From Rhynchopus sp. YZ270_cl-10 (Eukaryota): 64,000 nucleotides of DNA. How positions within the stretch are numbered: position 1 is the stretch's first letter; every line of letters starts with the position of its first letter. This document shows, in pieces, positions 25,396 through 38,456 of the stretch. The position numbers and the translations under genes are program-made. The stretch lies in contig OZ037835.1 of the NCBI GenBank assembly GCA_964035575.1, forward strand, positions 1,364,001 through 1,428,000, read 5' to 3'. Under the pieces are notes generated by a model that saw only the letters and a program-made list of their open reading frames with translations, was not told the origin of the DNA and ran no database searches.

Positions 25396-26821
25396 TACCG
25401 TATTCGTACAAATTATCAACCGTATTGTTCAACCTTTTCAAGATTTTTTCTAGAAGTTGGTGTGGCAGCGGTTACTGGGGGGGTAAACCGGTAGAAACAC
25501 GGTAGAAACACGGGGAGTCGGTTGGGGGTTCCCTTTTTTGGAAAATTTTTTTTTGTTTTTTTTACCAGGGGGCTTCTCTATGTTGTAGGCATACAGAGGC
25601 ACAGATTTGACAGACCGGGGCCGCAACTGGCTGGGATGTCACGACAAAAAAAGTAGTTTTCGACCTTTTTTCTTTTGGCCAGCTGTACGGTACTGTGTAT
25701 ACTGTGTATACTGTGTATACTGTGTATACTGTGTATACTGTGTATACTGTGTATACTGTGTATACTGTGTATACTGTGTATACTGTGTATACTGTGTATA
25801 CTGTGTATACTGTGTATACTGTGTATACTGTGTATACTGTGTATACTGTGTATACTGTGTATACTGTGTATACTGTGTATACTGTGTATACTGTGTATAC
25901 TGTGTATACTGTGTATACTGTGTATACTGTGTATACTGTGTATACTGTGTATACTGTGTATACTGTGTATACTGTGTATACTGTGTATACTGTGTATACT
26001 GTGTATACTGTGTATACTGTGTATACTGTGTATACTGTGTATACTGTGAAAATTGACCAAAAACGAGAACTTGTCCATTTCGGCAAATTGACCCCACCAC
26101 TGGCCGGACGGATTCCGGAAATGCAAATGCCGGCGTTTAAAAGCTCACCAGCGAAAAAACACGGGTCAGGAAAGATCTTTTGTATTTTTTTGTCTTTTTT
26201 CGAGAATCTCGGGAGAAAAAAAAAAAAAAATCAAGATTTTCAGGATTTTTGTCTTTTTTTTTCAGGATCTCTCGAGATCTTTGAGATCTTTGAAAAATCC
26301 TGGAAAAAAAAGGAAAAAAAAGGAAAAAAAGAGAAAAAAAGATGAAAAAGATCTTGAAAATCTTTTTTTTCTCAAAAAAAAGATAAAAAAGATTTTTGGG
26401 ATTTTGAAAAATCTTTTTGGGGGAAAAAAAAAAAAAGATTTTGAAAATCTTTTTTTTTTTTTTCAAAGATTTCTCAAGATCTCGAGATTTTTCATGAAAT
26501 TTCATGGATTTTTCCAGGATTTTTCAGGATTTTTTCAGGATTTTCCCAGGATTTTCAAATCTTTTCTCTTTTTTTTTTTCTCCCAAAAATCTTTTTTTTT
26601 TTTTTTTTTTTCGGGAGAAGAGGATTTTTTTTCTCGAAAAAAAAAAAAAAAAAAAAGATCTTTCCCGACCCGTGAAAAAAAAGAAAAATTTCCAACATCT
26701 GGAACCCCCCTTTACGGAGCGACAACTGGTAGAAACACGGTAGAACCACGGGGAATCGGTTAAGGCGCCACACCAGAAGTTCTACCTTTTTTACGGTCAA
26801 TAATTTTGTCTGAATACAGTA
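25396..26821. mobile_element. Nested MITE cluster: TACCGTA-type outer element containing a GGTGTGGC…GCCACACC element (25459-26774, TSD AGAAGTT), itself containing a satellite and a CACGGGTC…GACCCGTG element (26160-26674)
   Basis: Three nested TIR pairs read directly; AGAAGTT duplicated at 25452-25458 and 26775-26781. Confidence 0.7.
25692..26047. repeat. (ACTGTGTAT)n 9-bp satellite, about 40 copies
   Basis: Directly visible perfect array. Confidence 0.97.
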
Positions 26822-27263
26822 AAATGGAATAAGGATTCTGACACCTCCTGCAAAGCGTACTCCTTCTATTTGCTCTCTTTTAAGGATCCTGTGAAGAAAA
26901 GCCGTGGCTGCTATCTAGTGATAGTAGTCGATACTTAAGCAAAATATTAAAAGAAAGCACGATTGGTCGTGTGAACCTATCTGTTGTGGATAACCTAATT
27001 TAGTGTTCTGCAAAAAAAAAAAAAAAAATGCAAAAATATAAAACGAAGAAAAAAGAAGGTCATTTTTTTTGATATTTTGACCACCCTCCCCAAACTCATC
27101 TCCTAAAAAAAACCCACAGAAATTTGTTTTTTATTTCACCCCTTCTTTTTGTTTCAAGGTGACTAAGCACAGAGAGGCTTAGGGTCATCTTATAAACTTT
27201 TCCTTTTTGTATTTTTTTTTGGGGGGTTATTGTTTCCAATACACCCGATAATATAGAACTAAA

Positions 27264-29054
27264 ATGTCACGTTGTTTTGAGGCAGCCATGTCGTTGGACG
27301 GTACCCTGGGGAAGAAGGCGCAGCAACAGCGCACCATCCTCTTTGTGTTTATGGCTGTTGCGTTGGCGTTCACGGTGTCGGGGCTGCTGGCGAAGTGGGG
27401 AGACGGACCGGATGCTGCCGTGCTTGTTATCATTTTTATGACGATCATCCCCATCGAGGTGGGTACGATGATAGCCTTGCTTTGCAAGCAGGTTCTGCCT
27501 ATGTGGTATGTTGTGTTGTGTCTGTACTACGTGGCGTTTATCATGTTCATGACTGACCTCAACTCACGCACGATGGGCTCCACGTCGTGGCCGCTCATCG
27601 TGGTGGTGATCGACCTCCTCCTCGTGATGCAGGCACCCGCACGCTCTGCCCTCGGTCTCGTAGGTGTGACCTGTGTCTGGCTTGTCGTCATGGGTTTTGA
27701 AGAAAGTTTCCGCTTTGGTCTGCTAGACCTTCCAGGGTTCCGTCCACAGGAGGGCCCTGGTGGCAGGCGTGAACACTTTGATGCAATGACCGGCTGCGAA
27801 CGTCTTCCCTGTCCAATGAAGTTCCCGCCGAAAGGCCTGATCCCAGCTCTCTTTGTGTTCACAATCGACTTTGTGGTGACGAGGTGGTTTGCGCGAGAGG
27901 CGCTGAAGGAGCAGCAGTCAATGGAGCGGACGATTGACGTCGTGCAGGAGATTGCGTCGCTGCTTGCGGGGTACGACGTGGAGCAGGTGGCAACGTTGCT
28001 GGAGACGCATGAGGCGCGGCTGCCGCAGGGGATGTACACGGCGCTGCGTGCGTTGGAGGAGAACCTGCGCACGTACAAGGCGTACCTGCCGCGGACGTGT
28101 CTGCCGTTTGAGGTGGGTAGTGAGGGAGATGTGCCCGACAAAGTGTCGCTGAATGAGTCATCCTCAGTGGTGACTGTGCTCTCGTATAGGACAGAGCGTA
28201 CGGCATTTACCTGTTCCTGCCCGCTGCTGTCCCGTAAGGCAACGTTGCTGACACTGAACATCAAGCAGACCCTGCAGCGCCTGGAGACACACACAACCCC
28301 CTTCTGCGAGCTCTTCACCTCACTCCTCCTGAAGACGCTCGAGGCCTCGAGCAAGAAGGGCGGCATGGTCGATGTGTTTGTGGGCGACCGCGTGCACTGC
28401 TCCTTCAACGCGTCGCGGAGGTGCAACACACACGCCAGCGCTGCACTCCACGTCGCCACCGCACTGCTGCACAAAGGCTCCGACTTTGCGGCGCACGTGA
28501 ACAGCGGCGTTGCGACGGGGCAGGTGCTCTGCGGGGACATGGGGTGTGAGGTGATGCGCCGCTTCAGCATGGTGGGGACACTTGTGCGTGACGTGCACGG
28601 GATGGAACGTGCGGGTCGCGTGTTTGGATGTGCGGTGCTGTGCAACCGCTTCTGCTTCAGTGATGCGGAGTGCGAGCACCCGCTGCGCCTGATTCCGTGC
28701 AAGGTGGAGGTGGACCGTGGCTGTGAGGCTGAGGTGGTGGCGGAGCTGCTGGTTGCGGACACCCCTAAGGGCCGGGCCGAGCGGCGGGAGGAGTGGATGT
28801 ACGTCATTGGCGGGAGGACGCACTGGGAAGACTACAACGAGACTGTGAAGCTGTACCTCAAGGGGGAGGCCTCTGAACACAGTGTCGCTACAGCTGCACG
28901 GCGGGGGGCTGGGGCTGGGGCTGGGGGTACCGCAAGCACACCACTCACCGTCTCCGCACCGTTCGCCAAGGACAATGTGCTGGCACTTCCGATGCGCATC
29001 CCACAGCAAGCAAGCCCCCTGCACTACTCTTCCCACTCTTCCCCGCCGACGTAG
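27264..29054 (+). CDS. Multi-pass membrane class III nucleotide cyclase-like protein (5' end uncertain)
   Basis: About six hydrophobic segments, then GGMVDVFVGDRVHCSFN, SGVATGQVLCGDMG, RRFSMVG and EEWMY, paralleling the 689-3287 gene. Confidence 0.8.
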   Translation: MSRCFEAAMSLDGTLGKKAQQQRTILFVFMAVALAFTVSGLLAKWGDGPDAAVLVIIFMTIIPIEVGTMIALLCKQVLPMWYVVLCLYYVAFIMFMTDLNSRTMGSTSWPLIVVVIDLLLVMQAPARSALGLVGVTCVWLVVMGFEESFRFGLLDLPGFRPQEGPGGRREHFDAMTGCERLPCPMKFPPKGLIPALFVFTIDFVVTRWFAREALKEQQSMERTIDVVQEIASLLAGYDVEQVATLLETHEARLPQGMYTALRALEENLRTYKAYLPRTCLPFEVGSEGDVPDKVSLNESSSVVTVLSYRTERTAFTCSCPLLSRKATLLTLNIKQTLQRLETHTTPFCELFTSLLLKTLEASSKKGGMVDVFVGDRVHCSFNASRRCNTHASAALHVATALLHKGSDFAAHVNSGVATGQVLCGDMGCEVMRRFSMVGTLVRDVHGMERAGRVFGCAVLCNRFCFSDAECEHPLRLIPCKVEVDRGCEAEVVAELLVADTPKGRAERREEWMYVIGGRTHWEDYNETVKLYLKGEASEHSVATAARRGAGAGAGGTASTPLTVSAPFAKDNVLALPMRIPQQASPLHYSSHSSPPT

Positions 29055-30084
29055 CGCAGCACTGACGATCACTACAAGGAATGAAGCTGGTTGTCAAAAT
29101 GCTTTTGTGTTGCCACTGCTGCCTTAAGTGTGGAGACGTACGTTTTTATGCCAGGCCGTGTTAAGGAATGACGTCGAGTCCAAAGAAAGCCGTACATTCC
29201 ACATTACCACGTTAACATGTCTGCGCTTTGTTGTTATTGTTCGCGATTTTGATTGCCGAAAGGTACCTCAAAATTGCGCCATGTTTCCCATTTACTGTGC
29301 CTCCTTCTGGAGGAGAGTGAGGAACAAAAAATAATTAATGGAGCTTCAGTTCACCCTTGGGTGTACACACTATTTTTTTTTTCCACACCTTCCACCCTTG
29401 GTTTTATGGCTTTTTTTTTTTTTTTTTGCAGGTACGTTATTTTGTTTTTTTGCGGAGTTTCCTTTGTTCAGTTCAGTTGTAAAAGGGTGTCCTCAAGAAC
29501 CCTGTTTGTCTTTTGTTCTTTTGGCACGCTGCCCAGGTCATACGTATTCTTTTTTGTACGAGTATGGAGATCAGGAAATGAAAGTCGCGTTTTTTTTCGG
29601 ATGTCATTTGAGTCTTTCCGTTTTCCTTCTTCCCCTCCTTTTCTTTTTTGTGCTCCACCTCTCTCCCCTTGTACTTCAGGATGCGGGTTATCGGGGTTTT
29701 TCTTTGGGTCTGTTGGGGTTTAAAAATTAAACTCGGATGCGATCAACAAACAACTGCGAATACGTAGAGGGGGTATTTCATTTCTACCACAAACCGTCCA
29801 GAAATAGATGTCAAAAAAGAAGAAAAACCCCCCCCTTTCACCTGAAGTACAGAAGTGAGGTGAAGTGCACAATAAAGCGGGAGTTGGAGAGATCCGGGTT
29901 TGCCCACGTCACTATGTGCACAAAAACCATCACAAAAATAATTTGTTTTGCCACCTCATGAAATGAAGGAGAAAATAGAAGCAGCGCAGTTCTGGGTACG
30001 AACTGCGCCGCTTTTTTTTTTTTTTTTTTTTTTTGTTTTTTTTTGTGTTATCAACAGGGATTTTTCTAATTCTGGATTGGGATT

Positions 30085-30307
30085 CATGGATGTAGAAAGT
30101 ACTTCACGTACTTTTTTTTTAAAAAAAAAAGTAAAAAAGTACGTGACGAAAAATGAAAAAAAAAAGTACTTTTTTTTGTTTTTTTTTCGAAATCACGTAA
30201 ATCACGTAAAATTTTTTTTCAAAAAACGTCACGTACGTGAAGTATCACGTAACCCGATTTTTGGAAAAAAAGTACTTTTTTTTCGTCACGTACTTTCTAC
30301 ATCCATG
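30085..30307. mobile_element. MITE with CATGGATGTAGAAAGTAC TIR and internal CACGTA repeats
   Basis: catggatgtagaaagtac / gtactttctacatccatg; gggatt directly repeated on both flanks. Confidence 0.75.
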
Positions 30308-31267
30308 GGGATTGGGATTTCGGAAAAATAAAAAAAATCCCTGAAAAAAATTCCCTGTTTTTCCCTACAGCAATTTCAGGTACATTCTACTCCACCCCAC
30401 CCCCAGAGAGTTTCGCCTGTGGGATGCGATCGATCAACGCGATCAAATAAAGCGAAAAAAGGGGAAAAGGAAAAAAAAAAGTCCCGGATTTTTGAGGAAA
30501 AAATTGGCTCTGCAGGCGGTTGCTGTAGTTGTGGGTGCGGATGTTCACGTCAGTTGCAGGCAAACGTCCAGCATCAGAGACATTTGAGGTTGTGCACAAG
30601 AAGAAGAAGGTTGTGCAGAAGGAGAAGACGTGTCAATCGCATTCAATTATGAGGGTTGGAAGACGGAGGAGATCTCAAATGTTGCGTACCGTGGCTTCGC
30701 CAGGAACCTTTGGGTGCCATGACTGCCGTTTCTTTCATAAATGTACCGAGGTTACTGATAAGGCTGACACACTACGGATTGTGGTTCACCCCTCCCCACC
30801 TGCCTTTTGTGCATCAGAGGGGAGAAAGCGCCACGCCTCCCTGCACTGGCAGGTTCGTGGGAGTCGCGCGCAGCGACCGCTTTTACGGGGGGAAAGCTCG
30901 GGACCCCAAATCACCCCCGGCGAGAGCCCTGACGACATATCGGGAAAATTTTTTTTTCTCCCCACAAAAAAGTCAAAAAACAGCCCAAAAACTATACCAA
31001 AAAAACAGGGAATTTTTTGGATTGGGATTTCGGAATTTGGCCAAAAAAGGACGGATTTAGAGATATCCTTGGTTATCAAGCATTGACGAATAGAAATGGA
31101 AAACGACGGATGGTGCGTGCCCGCTTTAGCGTATTGGTTTTCCACTAACATCACTCACATTCATCAGTGAAAAACACAACCCTTTTGCGGTGCGATACAC
31201 GAAAAAGTGTTTTCTTTATTTCATTTAACTGTCATATCCTGAAGTCGTTTTCTATTTTTTTTTTTTT

Positions 31268-33788
31268 GGGGAAACGACAATGTGGACTCTAAAAATGTGG
31301 ATTACGACAATGTGGATTAATAATCCACATTGTCGCATAATCCACATTGTCGTAATCCACATTGTCGCAAAAAATAATCCACATTGTCGCATAATCCGGA
31401 TTCTTGATTTTTTGCCTTCTTGGTACCCAGGTACCCAGGTACCCAGGTACCCAGGTACCCAGGTACCCAGGTACCCAGGTACCCAGGTACCCAGGTACCC
31501 AGGTACCCAGGTACCCAGGTACCCAGGCACCCAGGTACCCAGGTACCCAGGTACCCAGGTACCCAGGTACCCAGGTACCCAGGTACCCAGGTACCCAGGT
31601 ACCCAGGTACCCAGGTACCCAGGTACCCAGGTACCCAGGTACCCAGGTACCCAGGTACCCAGGTACCCAGGTACCCAGGTACCCAGGTACCCAGGTACCC
31701 AGGTACCCAGGTACCCAGGTACCCAGGTACCCAGGTACCCAGGTACCCAGGTACCCAGGTACCCAGGTACCCAGGTACCCAGGTACCCAGGTACCCAGGT
31801 ACCCAGGTACCCAGGTACCCAGGTACCAGGTCCAGGTCCAGGTACCCAGGAACAGGAAAAAAGTCGTGAAAGAGCAACCACAGCTCCACATGACAAACAC
31901 AAAAGTGTCCAGTCACGTGGGGCATTCATGCACTGAGGAGATAATGATCCAACAATTTACAAGAAAGATTACTTAACCTACTGCTGGAAATTGCCAGGTC
32001 GTAGTAACACACAAAGTGTGCCTCCGTTCGGGAAGACCGGATATTCTAGAGACCAAAAAGGCCTCAAGAATATCTTCCGGTAGTCAAGGTAGAACCGAGT
32101 GAACGGCCCAAGACCCCCGTGGAGAAGTTAAATGTTGTAATGCTATCAGGTAGAAACTGCGAACACTGTCTTACCCTCCTCAATGCATGGTGGTTGATGT
32201 CTTCCACAACAAATTTCCTGTACCCAGGTACCCAGGTTCCCAGACCCACGCAGTACCACGTCGCAGTACTACGCAAAATTTACCACCAGACCCTGTCTTC
32301 GTGCACCTGAAGTACAACGCCGCAGACAGGCCAAACATGCGTTGGACTCAGAGGAATGCCCGCTGTGCAGGTATCATGAGAACCAACTCCCAGCAACAAG
32401 GGGCGCCTTTTGGCGGGCGTTGTTGAGGGTGTTTGGGGTGCAAAGTTTTCCACAATTTTGATGCGCGGGTACAGAAGTGTTATCTTGTTCTTTCATCTCT
32501 AAGAAATGTAAATGTCAATCGCGTTTAACTACCACTAGGGCTTGTTCAGTGAACCCACGAGGGGTCGAAGGGGGTTGGTTATCCCGTATCTATCAAAGGT
32601 TGTGTCGACCAGGCTAAACCACTATGTTACGCTGTACGTTGTTAAATCCGAAGAAATAACACTTTAGCAGCCGCAGGAAGTTTGCTAAAAAGAGTGCCTC
32701 ACGCTACACAAACCACCACCCGCGATTGACTTAGATGTTATAACAAAGAGAATTCAGAACAAAACAACACCCTGCCCCATACACACTAAATTGTCATACT
32801 TCAAGAGCATGCCTGGGCCAAAATTACTATGACGAAAAGGCAACAAGACCACCCACAAGGAGTGTGAATTGTGCACTGGTTTTCTGGGGGAACAAACAAT
32901 ATTTTCTTGCGTCTAGTCCTCCGTAAGTAGAGGACAGACTTTCCGGAAGGTTTCCAAAGTCGAATTTCTTGCACTAGCTATGCTCCCTGGGTTAATGGCA
33001 ATAGCAGTGACTGCGACAGAGTGTTCCCACCCCCCTTTCTACCCATATGTTCGCTCGTTCTGCACTCTCGACGTTGCACTCATTGCGATACCTGTTTAAA
33101 AGTGAATTTGTGAGTGGTGGGGAAATTAAAGAAGGTGACTTCTTAAAAAAATAAGTTGGCGGGGTGTAAAATATTGTTCTGGAGACTCTTGGAGGAAATA
33201 CGAGTCGACGGCCTTATTTTGTTGAATATTCACCAGAAAGTTAAACATATTTACATACCTTGTCTTGCGCCTTCGCTGCTGTCAAGGTGCCTTCTCTGGG
33301 TACCCAGTAGGAGGCTCAAAACTGCTCAATTCTGGCTGGAATTGCAAAATTGGGCACTTTTAGGATGTGACCAAAAAAATTTTCGAGAGTCTAGTTATTA
33401 CAGAGGCTCACCTTAGAAGGCAAAAATAGTCAATAATCCGGATTACCGACAATAATCCGGATTATGTGACAAGGTGGATTACTGGTGTTTTGGTGGAAAA
33501 AACCCGCAAAAACGCGTTTTAGACCCCCAGAGAGGCTCAAAACTGCTCAATTCTGGCTTTAATTGCAAAATTGGGCACTTTTAGGATGCGACCAAAAAAA
33601 TTTTCGAGAGTCTAGTTATTACAGAGGCTCACCTTAGAAGGCAAAAAATCAAGAATCCGGATTATGCGACAATGTGGATTATTTTTTGCGACAATGTGGA
33701 TTACGACAATGTGGATTATGCGACAATGTGGATTATTAATCCACATTGTCGTAATCCACATTTTTAGAGTCCACATTGTCGTTTCCCC
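31268..33788. mobile_element. Non-autonomous TIR element A (~150-bp TIRs built of ATCCACATTGTCG subrepeats) carrying a (CCAGGTAC)n array and shared cargo
   Basis: 31268-31420 is the reverse complement of 33636-33788; poly-T on both flanks; internal ~115-bp direct repeat at ~33311 and ~33533. Confidence 0.85.
31422..31850. repeat. (CCAGGTAC)n 8-bp satellite; also at 44141-44463 and, inverted, 47422-47661
   Basis: Directly visible. Confidence 0.97.
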
Positions 33789-34324
33789 TTTTTTTTTTTT
33801 TTTTGTGAATAGGATTGGGACCCCGGATCTCACTCCCCAAGGAGGAGGGAGGGGAATAAATAAATAAATAAAAAATCTCAGGCGTTCGAATCATTTCCTA
33901 CACCACATTAGTTCCACAATGATCCAAGAACCATCGGGGCAAAACATTCATCTTAATTTTTACCCCCCTCCCCCACCCTTAGCCCCCCCCTATGTTTTTC
34001 CCCCTCCGTAGTTTTTTTTTTAACTCAGTGCCTGCGTCCTAGAGGCGTTTGCCCTCATTATCAACTTCACTTTTATCTCTCTGACTGTGAAGCTCTCTGT
34101 GCACAACTGCCACCGGAAGAGAGGTAACACCCCCTCCTTAAGCCTTATTGGACTTAGGGCCTGTTCCTTCCTGAGGTGAAAATACCAACAATACACCTCA
34201 GTGTTAAATGCTCCTATGTTATTACCCCACTGCTTCATGGATCTGTAGAATGGATGAGCCGGTTGGCGGCAAGGGGTCGGTTGAGGAAGTTTATCTATTT
34301 TTTTTTTTTTTTGGGAAATTGTGT

Positions 34325-34389
34325 CCCATAGCCTCCCATAGCCTCCCATAGCCTCCCATAGCCTCCCATAGCCTCCCATAGCCTCCCAT
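34325..34389. repeat. (CCCATAGCCT)n 10-mer, about 6 copies
   Basis: Directly visible; the adjacent 34260-34330 resembles the reverse complement of ~23930-23992. Confidence 0.85.
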
Positions 34390-35690
34390 CACAATCAGAC
34401 TTGTTTAAGCAGCTTTGCTGCGGATTGGGGCGGAGTGTGTTTCTCCTCCCCCGTACGTTTTACTTCACATCGGGTTTGTTTTTGGTTAGGGGTGCTTTAT
34501 CTCTTCAGCACATACTTGTTTGCCTTTGAGCAAAGAATAAAGACTGGTCTTTTTATATTTTTCCGGACCCCACCCCAAACCCTCCCAAACACTCAAATAA
34601 CAAGGACATTTGACAGTGGCTGAGAAAGAGGATAAGTCGTAATCTCATACAAAGTAACGCGCCCTTCCTCTCCAACTCCACGTCTACAAAACTATCAAGC
34701 AAAATTAAACAGAGTACAAAGCACTTTCAAAACATACAAAAAAACATTTTCAAACTCCCAAACACTCCTCAAACTCTATCAAGCGTTGGTTGTTTCGGCC
34801 TCCACATTCGCCCCCCTCATCGTAGCACCTCTTTTCGAGATTAAAGTATCCCCCTTCCCTCTGTTTATCATTTTATTCCTTGCTGTTCACCCGCGGGTCT
34901 TTTTGAGGTTATCTATATCAGATCACCAACACTTCCATATACTCCCAAACTCAAAATATTGCTTGCTTCAACTAGCTGATTAATAATATTGGCTATAAAT
35001 ATTATAGAAAAAAACGATGTACAGCCAAAGGCTTTATTGCTGTCGTTACCAATGTTGTGGAGCTTGATTTGTTTTGTTTTTTTTTAAATGTGCATGAGAG
35101 ACACGTTCATCTGAAAATAAGATACAAAAAATATGTTCGCGTTTATTTTATCGAACAGATTTTTGGAATCTGGACTAGGAAATTTGATGTTGGGATTGCT
35201 ATGAAACGTACTCTTTTTTTCTCTTCTTTGAAACTTCATCTTTCGATTGAAAATTATATCTTAATCTTTGAAACTGAATTACCCGCCCTTTTGTTTGTGC
35301 GAAGATCTCCAATAATATTAACTCAGGGTGCTTAGAAAGGATTGCATGAGTGGAGTCTTAGCATTGCCACATATCTGGGTATGTGGCCACTTGTGGTGGA
35401 TGGAGACGCACCGTGTTGTGGGGTTCTTTTGGGCTGGGGTGCTGAGGCAGGATTGCATGAGTGGAGACGTGGGTCGGAGACTCGGGTGCAGTGGGTATGC
35501 TGGAGTGCACAGTGCTGATGTCCCGCAGTTGTCTCGTCCTTTAGAATCGAAGGTGACGAAATAAAGCCTCAGACGTTTGCATCATTATTTGTTCTGCAAT
35601 GATACAAGAACCATCGGAGGGTCGTCACCCACAACCTCTGCACAAAAAGAAACCAACACAAAAGACACAGCAACAATACACAAACACACA

Positions 35691-37421
35691 ATGCCGAAGC
35701 GACACGCAGACAGCACGCAGGACGAGAACCCACGAAAGAGAAGACAGCTTTCTGCAGACGAGGTCTTGGTGGAGGCTGTCAGGAACGGTGACACGACTGC
35801 CGTGCGGGCGGTCCTTGAGAAGTTCAACCCAGACAGAAAGAAAGTGGCCTTCGATGCTGCGCACGAGGCATGCAGAAGGAACCACGATGAATGCCTCGCA
35901 CTGCTTCTTCCGTATGTTGAGACAACGCAGATGGGCTTTGGGATCCTGCTGAGTGAGTGTGTCCACGCAGAGCACGTTGCGTGCACGGAGGTCCTCTTGC
36001 AGCATTGGAAGTGTGTCTGCAACAACGTGGCGTTTGTCCAGCATGTGTCCAAGCACAACGCAGGTCAGTCAGCGTATGATGACTGTCCGGCCATGTGGTC
36101 AGACCCTGCAGTGTGTCGCGTCTTGATTGATGCAGGGGCAGACTTACATACAAAAGACGAGTACGTACGTTTGCCTCTGCACTATGCTTGCATTTCAGGA
36201 GCACTTGACGTTGTGAAGATGTTGGTTGAAGCAGGTGCGGCGGGAGTGCATGACACGAATGGCCAAGGACAACGGCATTTTACTGTTGCAGCAGAGTATG
36301 GAAATACCGAGACTGTGCGCTATCTTTTGGGTTTGCCAGATGTCGATGTGAATCATGGCAACTTCAATGCGCTTCAATGTGCGGTGCTTAATATACACAC
36401 AGACGTGGTGCAGGTGCTGATTGATGCAGGTGCAGACATCGACATAAAGGACGAGGAGGGATGTTCGCTTCTGCACTATGCTTGTGAGGGAGGATCACTC
36501 GAGGGTGTGAAGATGTTGGTCAGAGCAGGTGTGGGAGTGCGTGCCACAAATGACGAAGGGGAAACGTGTCTTGTCCGTGCGGTTCAGGCGGCACGTTATG
36601 GACACATCGAGACTCTGCGCTATCTTGTGTGCTTGCCAGAGGTGGATGTGAATTACCGACAGGCTGGCAACGGCACTGCGTTGCACTGTGCAGTAGATTT
36701 AAAACCACGCCGTCAAGAGACAACCGAAGTTGTGCAGGTGCTGATTGATGCAGGTGCAGACATCGATGCAAAGAACAACTACGGACATTCGCCTCTGCAC
36801 TCTGCTTGCGCTTCAGGAGCACTTGACGTTGTGAAGATGTTGGTTGAAGCAGGTGCGGGAGTGCGTGCCACAAATGACCGAGGCGAACCGTGTCTTATCC
36901 TTGCGGCACGTTGTGGACACACGGAGACTGTGCGCTATCTTGTGGGCTTGCCAGAGGTGGATGTGAATCATGTGAATCACCGATACGTTGCAAACTACAC
37001 TGCGTTGCAGTGTGCGCTGGAGGGTGAGAAAACAGACGCGGTGCAGGTGCTGATTGATGCAGGTGCAGATGTTGTCACAAACAACAACGCTCTGCACTCT
37101 GCTTGCGTTTCAGGAACACTTGACGTTGTGAAGATGTTGGTCAGAGCAGGTGCGGGAGTGCGTGCCACAAATGAGGAAGGATGGACGTGTCTTATCTCTG
37201 CGGCACGTTATGGACACACTGACACTGTGCGCTATCTTGTGGGCTTGCAAGAGGTGGAACTGAACCACCGAGACACTGCAAAGAACTACACTGCGTTGCA
37301 CTATGCGGCGGAGCAAAAACACACTGAAGTTGCACAGGTGTTGACTGATGCACTGCTATTGGAACTTAAGGCAGCAAACTCTCGTATAGCTGCACTGGAG
37401 GTGGTGGGGTGTCCCATTTGA
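35691..37421 (+). CDS. Ankyrin-repeat protein, tandem array copy 1
   Basis: Intact ORF from MPKRHAD; four three-repeat ankyrin modules; C-terminal helical tail …SRIAALEVVGCPI. Confidence 0.92.
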   Translation: MPKRHADSTQDENPRKRRQLSADEVLVEAVRNGDTTAVRAVLEKFNPDRKKVAFDAAHEACRRNHDECLALLLPYVETTQMGFGILLSECVHAEHVACTEVLLQHWKCVCNNVAFVQHVSKHNAGQSAYDDCPAMWSDPAVCRVLIDAGADLHTKDEYVRLPLHYACISGALDVVKMLVEAGAAGVHDTNGQGQRHFTVAAEYGNTETVRYLLGLPDVDVNHGNFNALQCAVLNIHTDVVQVLIDAGADIDIKDEEGCSLLHYACEGGSLEGVKMLVRAGVGVRATNDEGETCLVRAVQAARYGHIETLRYLVCLPEVDVNYRQAGNGTALHCAVDLKPRRQETTEVVQVLIDAGADIDAKNNYGHSPLHSACASGALDVVKMLVEAGAGVRATNDRGEPCLILAARCGHTETVRYLVGLPEVDVNHVNHRYVANYTALQCALEGEKTDAVQVLIDAGADVVTNNNALHSACVSGTLDVVKMLVRAGAGVRATNEEGWTCLISAARYGHTDTVRYLVGLQEVELNHRDTAKNYTALHYAAEQKHTEVAQVLTDALLLELKAANSRIAALEVVGCPI

Positions 37422-38456
37422 AAGGTGCACAGGACGAGAGATCTTTCTGCCCCTAGTTTCGACAGCGAAACGTTTCCCCATGGATTGCACGGGAAACAAT
37501 ATGAGAAACAGGTGCAGGGTGGTTCCGTGCATATCATAGAACCTTGTGTGTCTTCCAAAAACCACAAGCGTTGTGCGTGAAGTTTTGAAGGAAGGAAAAA
37601 TAATATTTCGTCCTTTTTTGTTTTCTGCCACTGTACATCTTGATGTAATTAGCACTGTTTCCCCTTACCCCCTTTTGTACCCCACGTGTCCACCATACTT
37701 CAGGACACGTGTTTTCGGTATTTTTGGGTCTGCTTTGGGTTTGTGGTTGGGGGAAAAAAGGGACACTTATTTGGCTGGGAAAAGACATCATCCCTGACAA
37801 CACACTTGTGGAATCCCACACAGCTGACGCTGTGTGATAGCGGATGTGATCAAAGTGACTAAGCACAGAGAGGCTCAGGGTCTTCTTGTACACTTTTTCT
37901 TGTTTGCAGTACTGTATTTCTGTTTTATGACTCATTTTACACATGATCCTCAACCCCCTACTTTAGCTTTTCCGTTTGGAAGTTCGGATTGCGAATTTAT
38001 TTTGATCTTTTGTGCCCTCTGCACCCCTGTCAGACAAAAAGTGCGAATCCTGGAAAAAGTCCTGAATCAAAAGTGACTAGCAAGCATGAGAGGGTTTAGG
38101 TTTCATCACATAAACGTTCCTTAGCATTGCCACATATCTGGGTATGTGGCCACTTAGTGTGGTGGATGGAGACGCACCGTGTTGTGGGGTTCTTTTGGGC
38201 TGGGGTGCTGAGGCAGGATTGCATGAGTGGAGACGTGGGTCGGAGACTCGGGTGCAGTGGGTATGCTGGAGTGCACAGTGCTGATGTCCCGCAGTTGTCT
38301 CGTCCTTTAGAATCGAAGGTGACGAAAAAAAGCCTCAGACGTTTGCATCATTATTTGTTCTGCAATGATACAAGAACCATCGGAGGGTCGTCACCCACAA
38401 CCTCTGCACAAATAGAAACCAACACAAAAGAAACAGCAACAATACACAAACACACA

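Noticed and set aside
27527..28807. Long minus-strand ORFs opposite coding genes (also 2360-3196, 38351-38989, 57603-58271)
   Set aside because: Antisense shadows of GC-rich + strand genes with no recognisable protein features.
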